Shown one piece after another: positions 36,781 to 49,414 of a DNA stretch of 64,000 nucleotides. Position 1 is the stretch's first letter; every line of letters starts with the position of its first letter. The notes under the pieces were generated by a model that was not told where the DNA came from, ran no database searches, and saw nothing but the letters and a program-made list of their open reading frames with translations. A program made the position numbers and the translations under genes. Where the stretch lies: contig CM102290.1 in NCBI GenBank assembly GCA_046563655.1, forward strand, positions 5,394,001 to 5,458,000. Direction: 5' to 3'. The DNA comes from Yuukianura sp. NJ FZ-2021 (Eukaryota).

Positions 36781-39391
36781 TTAAGCAGCGTCTTTGATTT
36801 TGCCCAATTCAAACAGGTATGACGCCATCAGCTTGGTCTGGAATTTAAAACGTAAAATTCAACCTTTTCTTTTCAAAATTTCGAAAACTTTTTCTTTTGA
36901 ATTTTTGATTTACTCCTTCGATGTAGTTGCGAATGTCCAATTTTTCGTTTTGGGAGTGAGCTCCATCGTCACTGGCCCCCATTGGCAGCAGAAGGACGTT
37001 CTTCTTGGTCGCTTCCTAAAAATCAGTCAAAATTTAAAAAAAACTTATAAAACTTTTTGAATTTGGCGGGAAAAGCAGAAGCGAAAGAGCAATGGGAGGA
37101 AAGTGACATGCGCAAACATGTTTCAAATAAAGAATGTCATGCGCAGGTAGGAACCTGGAGGATGATGACATGGCGGATGAAGCCACCTTCACGAATCAGG
37201 TCAGGTTGGACACCATACACATTCTGCGTGGCCTGTTTGGCCGCTTCGTAGTTTTTGTCATTCGTGACCCCGACCCAGTGCATACATCCATCGTCAGCCA
37301 TGTACACCTAAGCAGCACAAGCGATGTAAGCTCAAAGAAAAAAAAATAAAACCTGGAGAATGAGGGTGATGGGAATCGATCCCCCTTCTCGCGTCAACAG
37401 CGGTTCATGCCCGTAGACCAATCGAGTAGCAGCCGCTGCTGCCCGGTAGTTGCCATGGTTGTGGTCAGCCACCCATGGCTTACCACCATGACCAGAAGTT
37501 ACCTTACAGTTGATCATTTTCAACAAAAATTTTCAAATTTCGAACACACTTTTTCAAAATTTTGGAAAACTTGTATCATTTTTTGATTTTACCAGCAACT
37601 TGTTGGGAGAGTTGCGTTCGGCGAACTTCCGAGTGAGGTGATCCGTCACGGTTCGCTCAACTGTTTCTACGGTTTGGTCTGGAACGAGCCGAACAGAAAA
37701 TTTTCCAATGACTTTCCGTGGAATGACGGTTTTGGCTCCCGGGTCACTAAAACTGTTTTGAAAAACTTTTTTAAAAAATGTTTCAAAATTTTGAAAAAAC
37801 TTTTACAAAAAAATTTTCTCACCAGCCCTGGATTCCATGGATGGACAGAGACGGGTAGCGCCAGCGGCTCATGAGCGTCTTGGTCTAAACGAAACAAAAC
37901 ATAAATTAATTAATTAAACTAAATTAATTAAAGTATAAATTAATTAATTAATGTATAAATTAATTAAGTACAAAGTCCTCTGGGTGACGGAGTTTGTGCA
38001 CTCCTGCGTCGAGTCTGAACTCTTCGTTGTCGAATTTGAGTGCCTTGTAAGTGTCTGCCTCCTCCTGTGTCAGTGGAGCCACTTCGTCGGTCAGTCCGGG
38101 TACCAAAATCTTTCCATCCGCATCCACCAACGAGTTCATCAGAAAAATCAAGTCCGGCATCGCCTCAACCCTGAAATTCAAGATTTCAATTTCAAAACAA
38201 GTTTTTTGCCTTTTGAAAAACTTTTTAGAAAATGGCTTACACTGAGCCCCCGAACACTCCCGAGTGCAGATCCTTTGAGCCGCATTCCACTTCGACGAAA
38301 AAGTAGCAGAGACCGCGGAGGCCGTAGGTCAAGCAAGGATGGTCACGGCCCAACCAGTAGTTGTCAGAGATACAAACAAAGTCAATGTCCTGAAATTTCA
38401 AAAAATTTGTTTTAAAAAAGTTTGTTTCAAAAACGTTTTTCAACGTTTTCCTCCCATTTTGAAATTTTTGTGGGAATTTTGAATTACGGCCAAAAAGGAG
38501 TCGGCAGAGCAGCGGAGAAGAGCTTCCAGTCCTTCCGATCCACTTTCTTCCATGGCCTCCAGGCAAAACTAAAAATGTTAAAACAATGTGAGTTAAAACA
38601 GTTAAAAAGTGAGTTAAAACTTAGTTAAAACTTGGTTAAAAACTTGTTTTACTTTGATGTTGACAGGAATTTCAACTCGACTTTGATGGTAGGCTTCGAT
38701 GGCATGGATCCATCCAAGGACCGGTCCTTTGTCGTCCGTCGCTCCACGGCCAAACATCTTTCCGTCGAATTCAGTCAAGCTGAATGGCTCCGTGTCCCAC
38801 CCATCTTCCTAAATTTTCAAAATTTCGAAAAACACATTTCAAAATTTTGAGTTAAAAGTTCAGTTGAAAAGTTTTTTGAAGTTACAATTTTGGCTGGCTG
38901 GACATCGAGATGGCCGTAGATGAGGACAGTTTTCTTGCTGGGGTCTTGTCCAATGTGTCCAAAGATGACCGGCGGAAGAGGAATGACTTCGCCCTCGCAA
39001 GTAGTCTGCCATTAATCGACAAATAATCAATTAATCGATTAATTCACAAATAGTCTTGGTTTGTATTCTTACTTGTTCTCCGATCTTGCGCAGTTCCACG
39101 GTGACCCCGATGTCAGTCAACTTCTGAGCAGTCCACTTGACCATGCGCACAACTTCGGCTCGAGCTTCGGGAAGAGCCGAAACGGACCGAATCGAAACTG
39201 CTTCTCGGAGGGTCTCGATGTAGCGCGGCTTGTTGGCCTGGATGTGCCTACAAACACAAATTAATATATTAAAATTAATTAATATAACAATAAAAGCAAT
39301 TTTCAAGGTCAAAGGTCACTCACATGAAAACTTTCTTCATCTCCGGATCGAGTTCCTTGGGCATGACAGGAGCATCAGCTGGACTGGCCAT
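36781..39391 (-). CDS. CNDP2: Cytosolic non-specific dipeptidase (peptidase M20A)
   Basis: [63 protein letters not shown]. Confidence 0.95.
37155..37307 (-). CDS. Duplicated (putative mutually exclusive) CNDP2 exon B
   Basis: tgcttag|GTG...CTCCAG|gttcct; 51 open codons, phase 0/0; homologous to exon A (37502-37353). Confidence 0.8.
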
Positions 39392-40126
39392 GTTGGATGA
39401 TCAAAGTGAAACTTTGGCACTGGAAATTTTGAAAACAAATTTTGAAAAGAATTGAAATTTTGAGTAATTGACGAAATTTGGAGAGGAGAGGAAATGCGGA
39501 TAATTGATGTTTCCTGTGTGGAGGTCAGAATGCAACTGAGAGGCGTAACCTTGAATTTTTCTTGAGCTAAACTGACTCACTCGAGTGATAAACAACAGAT
39601 GACTAAAACCGCCTCCCGCGTCGCCATAGCAACAAAATCTCCACAAATTTCAAAATTTCGAAAGAGTTTATGCGAAAAAGGGAAAATTGGAGCTTACCTT
39701 GGAGGGAGTAACTATGTGTGTTGAATGAAATCCTGGCGAGGGCGTGGCGTGACCGTGCATTTAAGAGTCATTGACACTCGAATGTGCTGGAATCACAAAA
39801 CAAACTGATAATCATTTTTGCTAATCTCATTCCAATTGTGCTTTGTGTTTCGGCCAAAAGATAATTTTTTGCCAATACGTCGCTGAAATAACTAAAAGAT
39901 AAATTTCTAAAGATAAATTGAATGAAATTGAAATTGAAGTGCTTTGTTGCACTTTTATTACAAACGACTCTCCTTGCAAAACGTAAAAAGTGCAATTAAA
40001 TTCTCCAGAAAGCGAACTTAAGGATTAACGACCGACAAGAAATCATCAAAAAAGTGTGTAACATGAGTTAATTCTTTTGAATTAAGAATCACTTTGTAAT
40101 CGTTTGTCCTGCCCTACTGCCAAGAC

Positions 40127-42452
40127 ATGGACTACATTCCAAATGAGGTAGCATCAACTTACTTAATTTACTTAAGTTTTTTCTAATTTAACTATTCCTA
40201 AAACAAATTATTCATATTTGATGTGATCCTCACTTGGAAAATTTAATGACTAAATTTCGAAATTCCCGCCCGAAAAACCAAACACGAACCAGAAACCTAA
40301 CCGAAAGTCTGCGCATGCGAAGTCACTTAATGAGCAATTTGAGAAGTAAAGTTAGTAGTTTTCAAAGTCAGTCGTTTGAGGGCTCGATGTGATCAAAAAC
40401 TTGTTTTTCAGACACTACTTCAAATCATTGGTTGTCTGGAGAAGGAAGAGATTCCAAAGATGCGTCTCGTCAGTAACCGCTTCAATGTCCTAGCAACGGA
40501 ATGTGTACAAAAATCGTGTCTAGTCAAGTTAACAACTGACTCTGACATTGCCAAATTTGTGACAATGTTTGAAAAGAAGGCGGTTGTTCCGTTTCAAAAG
40601 TTTGTGTTTACTGAAACTGTTCTGGCGTATGGCCAGCCCTTAGAGCAATTCTGTCTCCAGTTTGGGAAACTTGTTAAACGCTGGGACATTTTTCGTAGCA
40701 GTCGCCAGGAAGTGCTAGGAGAGAATTCCGTTTCCAAAAACATACTAATCCTACTGGAAAACTGCGTCAACGTGGAGGAAATCCGCTACTTAATTGGTAT
40801 TGATGTGAAAGAAATTGGCAAGTTTAATAACATTCCGACACTCGGAAATTTGAAAACCATCGTAATCGGGTGGTTGGATGTCGAGAACAAAGAATTTCTT
40901 CTCCTTCTGCATCAAATTTATCAAAAAGCTCCAAATCTGCGGACCGTTGAAATCAGGAATCTGATAGACCACAGTTGGTCCGTTGCGTATCTCGCAAACA
41001 CTTTAAATCAACTGGCCAACATGAACGCAACAGTCCAACTACAGGAGTTGGACAGCTCACTTGTCCTTCCGACCACGAATGTTGGTGACCTCGAAAAGTT
41101 GTTTCCAATTTCAACACAATTCGGAATAGTTGATTTGAGATTGGAGTTAACTGTACGTCATCGCGATCCTGAACAATTACCTCAACAACTAGAAATTTTG
41201 TCAAAATGGAATCAAAAGCTAAGTTCTGTCCGCACACTTTCTATGTCGTATCATGACATGTACGATCCGAATAATCGTGAGCGGCCTAATGTTCCAATTC
41301 CTCTGCCGCTCCATGCCGTACCGAATCTTGAATGCTTGAAGTTGAAAGTAATAAATGTAGAAGTATACATTCCTGTTGATGTAGATCAGCAGACGGAATT
41401 TCCAGCTCTGAAATCGCTCATCTGCAACCTACTTCAGGCAAAAGCCAATAACTTCATTTTTTCTGGATGTGTTTTTCCAAACGTCAGATTTGCAGAAATA
41501 TGTTTAAAAACGGAAGAAGAGTGTGAACAGTGGCCATGCGTATTACCAAATGTTGAGGAATTGTTCGTCATTACTAAAACGTTGAAGGGGATTTTCCGAT
41601 TTCCAAAGTTGAGGAAACTGGACATCTCCTTTTATACTGGATTGAATCGTCCTGATTATCGTCAGGTTTGTAGGCAACACTGGACACACCTTACAGGAGG
41701 AGCTGCATATGTTCCGAAGGTACAGAATTTTCAGTTTTCCTGTAAACACTCCGAAGAAGACGTCGGATTCGATTGAGTCATTTCGGAATTTGCCGCGTGA
41801 GTGTCTAGCTTTTATAACTGCTTGTTATTATAAATTTTGAATTCAATTCCGAAGAATTTATCTAATAAAATTTGGTTCATTTTTAGTACTAACGCATTTA
41901 AGGTTTACCGACGAAACCGCTGAGTGCTGGAAGGGAATTGTTTACGCAAGTAGAACTGGACAACTAGGACGCCTTCGAAAACTTACCTTCAATTTTCGGG
42001 ATTTTGACGAGGTTAGTTCTCAGTTGATAGCAATGTACCTAAACAACAAAATAGTTTTTTTCTTTAACAGATTTGGCAATGACCTAACTTTTTAAATTTT
42101 ATTAAAAAATTAGCAAAACTAGGTTCACCGTTCTCTTCTATGGCAAGGAGTTGTATGTAATCGGAGGAAAAAAAGTCTTGGCAGCGAAATTTTTAGATAA
42201 TCGTACTGATTGCCTAATCTGTTAAAGAAAAACTAATTTCGTTGTTATAGGAACCTTGGCTAATACTGGTGTTGCAAGAAAAGTCAAATGTTAGATACAA
42301 AAATTATGATGAATTTGGAGTAAAAATTATTGAATTAGAACATGTACAATGTAAATGTTCTATTTCAGGAGGAGTCGTATGTCGCAGAATTGCTGAAGTA
42401 CCACGACGTTTTAGTCGTTGGTGATGAAAATGATGATTTATCGGATTCTTAA
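40127..42452 (+). CDS. F-box protein with degenerate LRR-like repeats; 3' structure uncertain
   Basis: MDYIPNE|TLLQIIGCL...MRLVSNRFN F-box pattern, LxxLxxL repeats (PNLRTVEI, PNLECLKL, PALKSL, PKLRKLDI); further exons at 41887-42011 and 42369-42452. Confidence 0.65.
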
Positions 42453-42720
42453 GATATTCTTACTAACGCTTACTAATGCTTAAGATTAGCATCAGCACAG
42501 CAATATCAAAGTGCACTTACGTTACTTGGGCCCAATTCTACTCAATTGACTCACAAATTCAAACATTGGAAATATCATACCCAAAATAAAAATAGACATA
42601 GCATTCGCAAAATTCAATGAATTTTAAAACTGAAACACTCTTTTTTACTTACTTTTTACTTACTTGCTTAACTTTTCAGTTTATTTTTTAGTAAATTATG
42701 ATTTATTATATTTAAATTAT

Positions 42721-44724
42721 TTAAATTTCCTGTTGTTGTGTGGTGTGGATCTTAAGGGTCCATGCCCACTTGGAAGTGCTCCTGAGTGGATCAGGGAAAG
42801 TGACTCTGATGCCTGGACTTGCATCTTCCCAGGCCAAAGTCCCCTCCCCCTCCGCCCCCAGCAGGGTCACTGACCCCACTTGCACTCCATCCACCACTGC
42901 TAGCTCCAAAACAGACTCAGATGGCCAATCCAATGCTATGGCATACACTAGGCTCTCAGCAGGCTTCGAAGTGAACCTAGCATTTCAATCAATGGAAATT
43001 AATTAATTGTTAGTTAATCGTTAATTAACTTAATTGTGACCCACCATACTCCAGAGGTCAAAGTGTCATTTTGGAATATCCATGGTACAGTGTCGTATAT
43101 GGCTTCTCCGTTGATGTCCAGCCACTCACCGAGTTGCAGCAGTCGCTCTTCCTGGATGGGCACGATTATCCCCTCCTTCGTCGGACCGACGTTGATCAAG
43201 GCGTTTCCTCAAAAAACATTCAAATTCTTACTTTCAAAACTTCATGTTCAAGTTTTCAAAATTTTGAAAAAAATTTACCTCCACAAGCGACCGTTTCTGT
43301 GATGGTTTTGATCATTTCGTCTGGTGTGAGGTAGTCTTCGATTTGAGCGTTTCTGCGATAGCCCCATGAAGTCTTGTCCAACGTAAAGCAATTCTCCCAT
43401 TTATGGGGCTGTAGCGTACCTAGCATTTACAAAACCAAAATTTTGAAAAAAAGTCAAAAATTTTTAAAAACAAAAAGTGAAAATTTTTGAAAACAAAACT
43501 CATTGTTCAACTCCACAACTGGCGGGATGTACTCACCAGGATTGTAGCGATCGGAACAAGTGCTGAAATAAAAAATGGAAATCAGTGATTTGATTCGTTG
43601 AAAATGGGAGTATGTGATTGGCCGAAAAATGGAAGTCAGTGATTGGTGGAAAATGGACGTCAGTGATTGGCTGAAGGTTAGGTTATGTTGACCTAATGTC
43701 GTAATTAACTTAGTTTAGTAGTTACTAGTATCCTCCATGAGTGCAGAGTGTATCGTGACCCCATCGGTCATTGGTGACCACTGTGTCCTTGACTGGACTG
43801 TCGTTGTACAGCCATGCCAAGAATTCCTTAGACTGCCAATAGGTGTCAGGAGCCTCCCATTCTCCATCGGACCAAAAGATCTCCGGTTGATAAGTGTTGA
43901 CAAGTTCGTACATTTCCGGAAGCGTTTTGAACTGCACGAACTCATCCGAAGTCAAGTTGTTGTCTCTGTTGTGCATCCACAGCGGATTGAACCACTCGTA
44001 CAAACTGTGGTACAGACCGAACTTCAGGTCGGATTCTGCTTTTACGGCATTCGCCAGCTCACCTACCATATAGAATTCATACTTCTAAAAAAAAAGTTTT
44101 TCAAAATTTTGAGAAATTTGAAATTTGAGTTTTTTAAAAACTCACCTAGCAAGTCTCGATGAGCTCCGACGTCCACGGCGTTCCAACTGTATGAAAATTT
44201 CGATGGCCAGAGTGTGTAGCCCTCGTGATGCTTGCTCGTCAGCACGACGTATCTGGAACGTTTTAAAATTTAAAATTTGAACTTCCCCCGCCGCCGAAAT
44301 TCAAATTTTCTCACCTTGCCCCAGACTTTTTGAAAAGTTGAGTCCACTGACTTGCATTGTAGAACTCTGCCGTGAACTGCTCTCCAAAATCCTGATAAGT
44401 GAATCCTGGTCGGTAGTTTTTGGTCATGAATTCAATGATGGCTGGATTCTGTGATGTTTTCCACCCATGCCAGAACCACTCTGAGCTGAATCCGGGTACG
44501 CTAAATACTCCCCAGTGAATGAAGATCCCGATTTTGCTTTGGTCGTACCACGAAGGCAATGGTCGGGCATCTAAACTCTCCCAGGTTGGGTCATACGCTA
44601 ACGGTTTCGTCACGGCCACGGTCTCGCTACGCGTCTGCGTTTTGCTCAGAGTTGCGAAACTGCCGGTCCAGAGCAAAATGGCGCCAAGGAGCACGGAAAC
44701 GAAAAAATGTCGTTTGCTGTCCAT
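42721..44724 (-). CDS. FUCA: Alpha-L-fucosidase (GH29) with signal peptide
   Basis: [58 protein letters not shown] nucleophile motif, VVTNDRWG. Confidence 0.96.
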
Positions 44725-45827
44725 CGCAGCAAATTTTTGACGTTTGCTGTCCGTCGCAGCAAATTTTTAGTGGCGTATTTTGGAATTTTAGTGTTGTTTC
44801 GTCCGAACGCCGGCAGTTCTTTATTTATATTCTAATCTTCGTAGCCCCAGAAATGATAAAACTTAAGTTTGGTGGGTCGGAATTACGTTAACATTATAGT
44901 GGGTGACACTTTGGAGTTAGAGTTAAAGTGAATGTGATCTGGGGGTGGAAGGGTGGGGTGGATGGATGATGGCGTAATTTGTGAATGGGGTGGATTGAAA
45001 ACAAACTACTCTGGATATGGGGTGAAAGAGGTCAAAGATAATGCTTGCTAGCAACTGATGTTTTGGAAGTCAATGGCTTTTGGACACTAAAAACTTCTAT
45101 TTCAAAATGTTTTTAAAAAGTTATGTTTTTTAAACACTCTAGATTACAGTTAAAAAAACAATGAAGAATTCTGCACTGTCAACACTTGGTGCAGATCTTT
45201 TATCTGCAGATTCCTAGCATGGATCTCTTGTTGTCAATTGAGTTTAAAGTGGATGGCCTAAATACCGGGTGATGTCGAGGTCAGGTCAAGGTCATTCCGT
45301 TTTGAAACACACTTTTGGTATTGGCATTGCATCGTGTTCCAAAAGCATTTCCAAATAAATTTTTCGCATTTTTCGAACGTTTTCTATGAGAGGAATTACT
45401 TGAGTCATGTAATTAGCAATTCCAATTGATGAATTTCCTAATTCGGGAATGCGAATTACAAATTTTAAATTTGAAAATTCATGGTTTCTATCGTGCTAAA
45501 CATATTTGGAAATTGTTATTGTTTCAAACAATTTTGGAAAATTCACCCGCGAAACTCATAATTCAAAATCATAAAAGAAAGTTTGTCGTAATTTGGGGAT
45601 TGGAAAATTGACAAGATGTGATTGATTGATTTGTTAATTAATTCACATCTTAACTAAATTAAGTAATTAGTATTTGCTTCCAAATTTCAAATTCTTTTCA
45701 AATTGAGTAGTGATCTGATCCAATATTAAGGCAATCGTAAGTCTAAAGTTACAATTCATAAATGACAAAGTGACATACGTTCCAGCATTTCCAGTTATCC
45801 AGCTTCTAATTACTAATTGATTAACAG

Positions 45828-48618
45828 ATGTCGAAAGCAGAGAAGAAGGAGTTGCGGAAGGCAAGCAAGGCCCTCAACATTATATCTCGCATGCTCAATG
45901 TCACCCGAAGTGTAGAGCCAGAACCGGTTAGAATCCACAGATCATGCCGAAGAGAACGAATCAGTTTTAGTGAATCTAATTGACCTTTGACCTTTGTTTT
46001 TGTAGTGGGTGATGGTATGGGGTGCTGGATTAGGAATGGGAACTCCCAAGATCGCCCTCTTCAACTTCCTTCAACCTGGACCGGTCGAAATTCGCTACTA
46101 CGACAAGCAGCCATTCTGTACTGCCCGTTTTGAAACGACAAGTCAAGCTATTGCAGCCAAAACTGCTAAACACGGAAAGTCATTCCCCGGAATGCTGCCA
46201 ATCTACATTGACTACTTGGCCGAAGGTATGACAGAAGGGAATGTTCTTGACCAACTTAAGAATGGACATGGTCATACTTAGATTTACATTCACTGAGCAA
46301 TTGTTGCTTACAGAACCGCCACCGGAGGATGAATCCGTTCTTAGTTCGTTCGCAAATCCTTGGCCCAAAGGACTCACACTACTGGAAAACTTTATCACTG
46401 AAGAAGAAGAGAAGTTTTATCTGCAACAGCTGTTTCCGCCGGTTGCCGATGATGATATTGTGAGAGATCCGGAACAGAATTCTGACACCGTCCCAGTGGC
46501 CGCCTTAATTCGTAAGTCTACTAAACGATACCAAAACGTTGAATCATTTCAAGCTTATTCGTTATTTTCCAGCTCCACCGAACACGAAATTGAAACATCG
46601 GCTGGTCCGACACTACGGGTACGAATTCCGGTACAAGACGAACGACGTCGATTTTGACAGCCCCAATGCTCCGGAGATGCCACGGTACTTGATCAAGTTT
46701 TTCTCAAAGATGATGGAATACAACATCATTCAACGGAAACCGGAACAACTCACTATGAATTGCTACACGCCGGGCCAAGGTACTAAAAACTAAAGTCAAC
46801 TTTCGAAAATTCAATTTCCCGCTCATTTTTTATATTCGTTTTAGGCATTCCGCCGCATGTCGATGCTCATTCGTCCTTTGAACAACCAATCATGTCACTC
46901 AGTCTGGGTGCTCCGGTTGTCATGGACTTCCGAAATGGCAAGAAACATGTCTCCGTTTTTCTACCTTCCCGATCTCTTCTCGTCATGAACGACGAGGCAC
47001 GGTACGTTGCTATCATTTCATGTTTCTACTTTTTCAAAATTTCGTTTTACTTTTGATTTGAAATTTTGAAACTTATGCTTAGGTACCTCTGGACACACGG
47101 AATTGCTCATCATCGACAGGACATCGTACGTGATCCAAGTGAAATGAACTTTGGAGTTGACGTCCTCCCGCGTCGTGTTCGCGTTTCTTTGACGTTTCGC
47201 CTTCTCAATGAAAGTCGTGTTTGTCACTGCAAGTAAGTCGTCAATTTTGCCAAAAACGTACAAAATACGTCAATTCGCTCCAAAAACTGTACAAAATACG
47301 TCAATTCTCTTATGTTTTACTTGGTTTTGTTTCTAAGGTTTCCTCAGATGTGTGACTCACAAAGAGGAAAACTGTCAGTCGAAATTGCTCCCAAAATTGA
47401 AAGAGACCTTGTGCACAAGGTAACGTTTTATTTTCGAAACAAAGTGGAAAGACTTTAATTTATATTTAATATATTATTATAGTTATATTAATTGATTCAA
47501 TTTGTTTTTGTTACTGAAGGTGTACGACCAGATTGCAGATCACTTCAGCAGCACCAGACACACTCCATGGCCCAGAGTCAAGGATTTCCTGGACGAAGTT
47601 GCCAAGGGCCAGTCAGTGCTGGACGTTGGGTGTGGGAATGGAAAGTACTTTAACTTAACAGACTACATCTACCAGGTTACTAACATTTAAATAATTTAAT
47701 TAAGTTAATTTAATTTAATTAATTAAGTTTCAATTTAAGTATTTCCTAAGGTTGGAATGGACATGAGCAAAGCCTTGCTCAAAATTGCCCGGGAGCAGAA
47801 GAATGTTGATGGCGTTCGAGCAAATTGTCTTCGCCTTCCGTTCAAAGACGAGTCATTTGATGCTGTGATATGCATAGCCGTTTTGCATCACCTTTCTACC
47901 AAAGTAAAACAAATCTAAGCTCAATTTTGAAATTTTGGATTTTGATTGGAATTTTTCAATTTTTAAAATATTTTGCGTTGCTTAGGAACGGCGACTGGAA
48001 GCTTTGTGTGAAATCTACCGAATCCTGAGTCCGGGCGGTCGAGCTCTCATCTACGTCTGGGCCAAAGATCAGAAGTTTAAGGAGATGAAATCCTGCTATG
48101 CTCAGCAAATGGCACTCAAAGCAGACAAGGATGCTGATGAGAATTTGAAAAGTTGTGCTCCGAGAGACTACTCCTTTCTGCCAGTGCATCTGCATGAAGA
48201 GAACTTTGTGTTCAATGACATGTTGGTCCCTTGGCTCAAAGGAAGTGCCGTCCATCATCGCTTCTACCACGTCTTTCAGCGGGGAGAACTGGAAGAACTC
48301 ATTGCCGAAATTCCAGCTGATCCGGCTCCACGCGTCATCGACTCGTACTATGACCAGGTAGCCATACTTCAACTAACTTCAACTTACCCGATCAATTACT
48401 TAGCCAATTAATGTCGTTTCCAGGGTAACTGGTGCGTCGTGATTCAAAAAGACGACTACATGGACGCCAACCATTTACTACCCTACCCACGCATTCCCCC
48501 GGCCGCCCTCCACTATAACACGCCTGTGTCAACAGCCTCAACTTCCCAGGCATCCATCCCATCCATCACAGAAGACAAAACGCTAACTTTTCAACCCGAA
48601 CTCTATTTCGGCTACTAA
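45828..48618 (+). CDS. ALKBH8: Alkylated DNA repair protein alkB homolog 8 (RRM + AlkB + Zn + tRNA methyltransferase)
   Basis: LKHRLVRHYGYEFRY, GIPPHVDAH, WTHGI, RVSLTFR, CHCKFPQMCDSQ, VYDQIADHFSSTRHTPWP, LDVGCGNGKY, DQGNWCV. Confidence 0.95.
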
Positions 48619-49414
48619 CTAAAAATAAACGCTGTATGGAAGTAGCGAAATGGACGAAGTTAAGGCTAAGCTCATGCAGAAGTTAGGAGCAGGTCAAAGG
48701 TCAAAGTCACCACAACAAAAGTTGACTACTTCAATGAGATGAACTACTTTTGTAGGTGTCATTCTTGAAATTGCGGTGCAAAAAATATTTTGACCTTGAC
48801 CTTGACTGTGATCAGCAGAGAGACGGACGGACAGACAGACATGTGCAAAAACACAAAGTATCTAAATCACAACTGATTCAAATCGTTCAGAAAAATACGT
48901 TTTTTACTTCTTGAAATCGTTCCTTTATGTTCAGTTGTTGAAGAGCTCACGATGAGCAGATTCAGACTTGAGGGTTTGCAAACAGAGGAAAGATGAAGGG
49001 GTTCGAAGGGATTAATTTCAAAAATATTCAAAAACGAAATAGTAACTACTCTAAAACTAAACCGTTGCATAACAAATTTACATAATACTTAAATAAAATA
49101 ATATAATTTATAATTATTTATATAAATAGTCAAAGTGAGGGAAGAAACTGTAGAAAACAAAAGATCCCTGCTCTGTTTCGATTGGAAAAGGGTATAGTTT
49201 GGGGTTTGAAGTGTGGGGGTTCGGAACCCCCGATTCGGGGGTATACAAATACTGAAAGACATTTTGTGGATACTGGTTATTGTGATGTGGTCGTCCTGGA
49301 CGCTTTGCGTACAAGAATAATTACTTTGTAATTAGATAAACATACTACCCCTATTGTATTAAAATCATCGTCTGACCTTTGACCTTTAAGGTCACCAAGG
49401 TACTTGGGAGAAGT

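Noticed and set aside
41774..41776. TGA in the F-box ORF as selenocysteine or readthrough
   Set aside because: The downstream exon continues in a different frame, and no SECIS was recognised.
42721..44724. Fucosidase as a horizontally acquired gene
   Set aside because: Intron-rich, with typical metazoan FUCA motifs.
44710..44768. 30-bp duplication spanning the fucosidase start codon
   Set aside because: Real but minor: the upstream copy has ACG in place of ATG, with no evidence of use.
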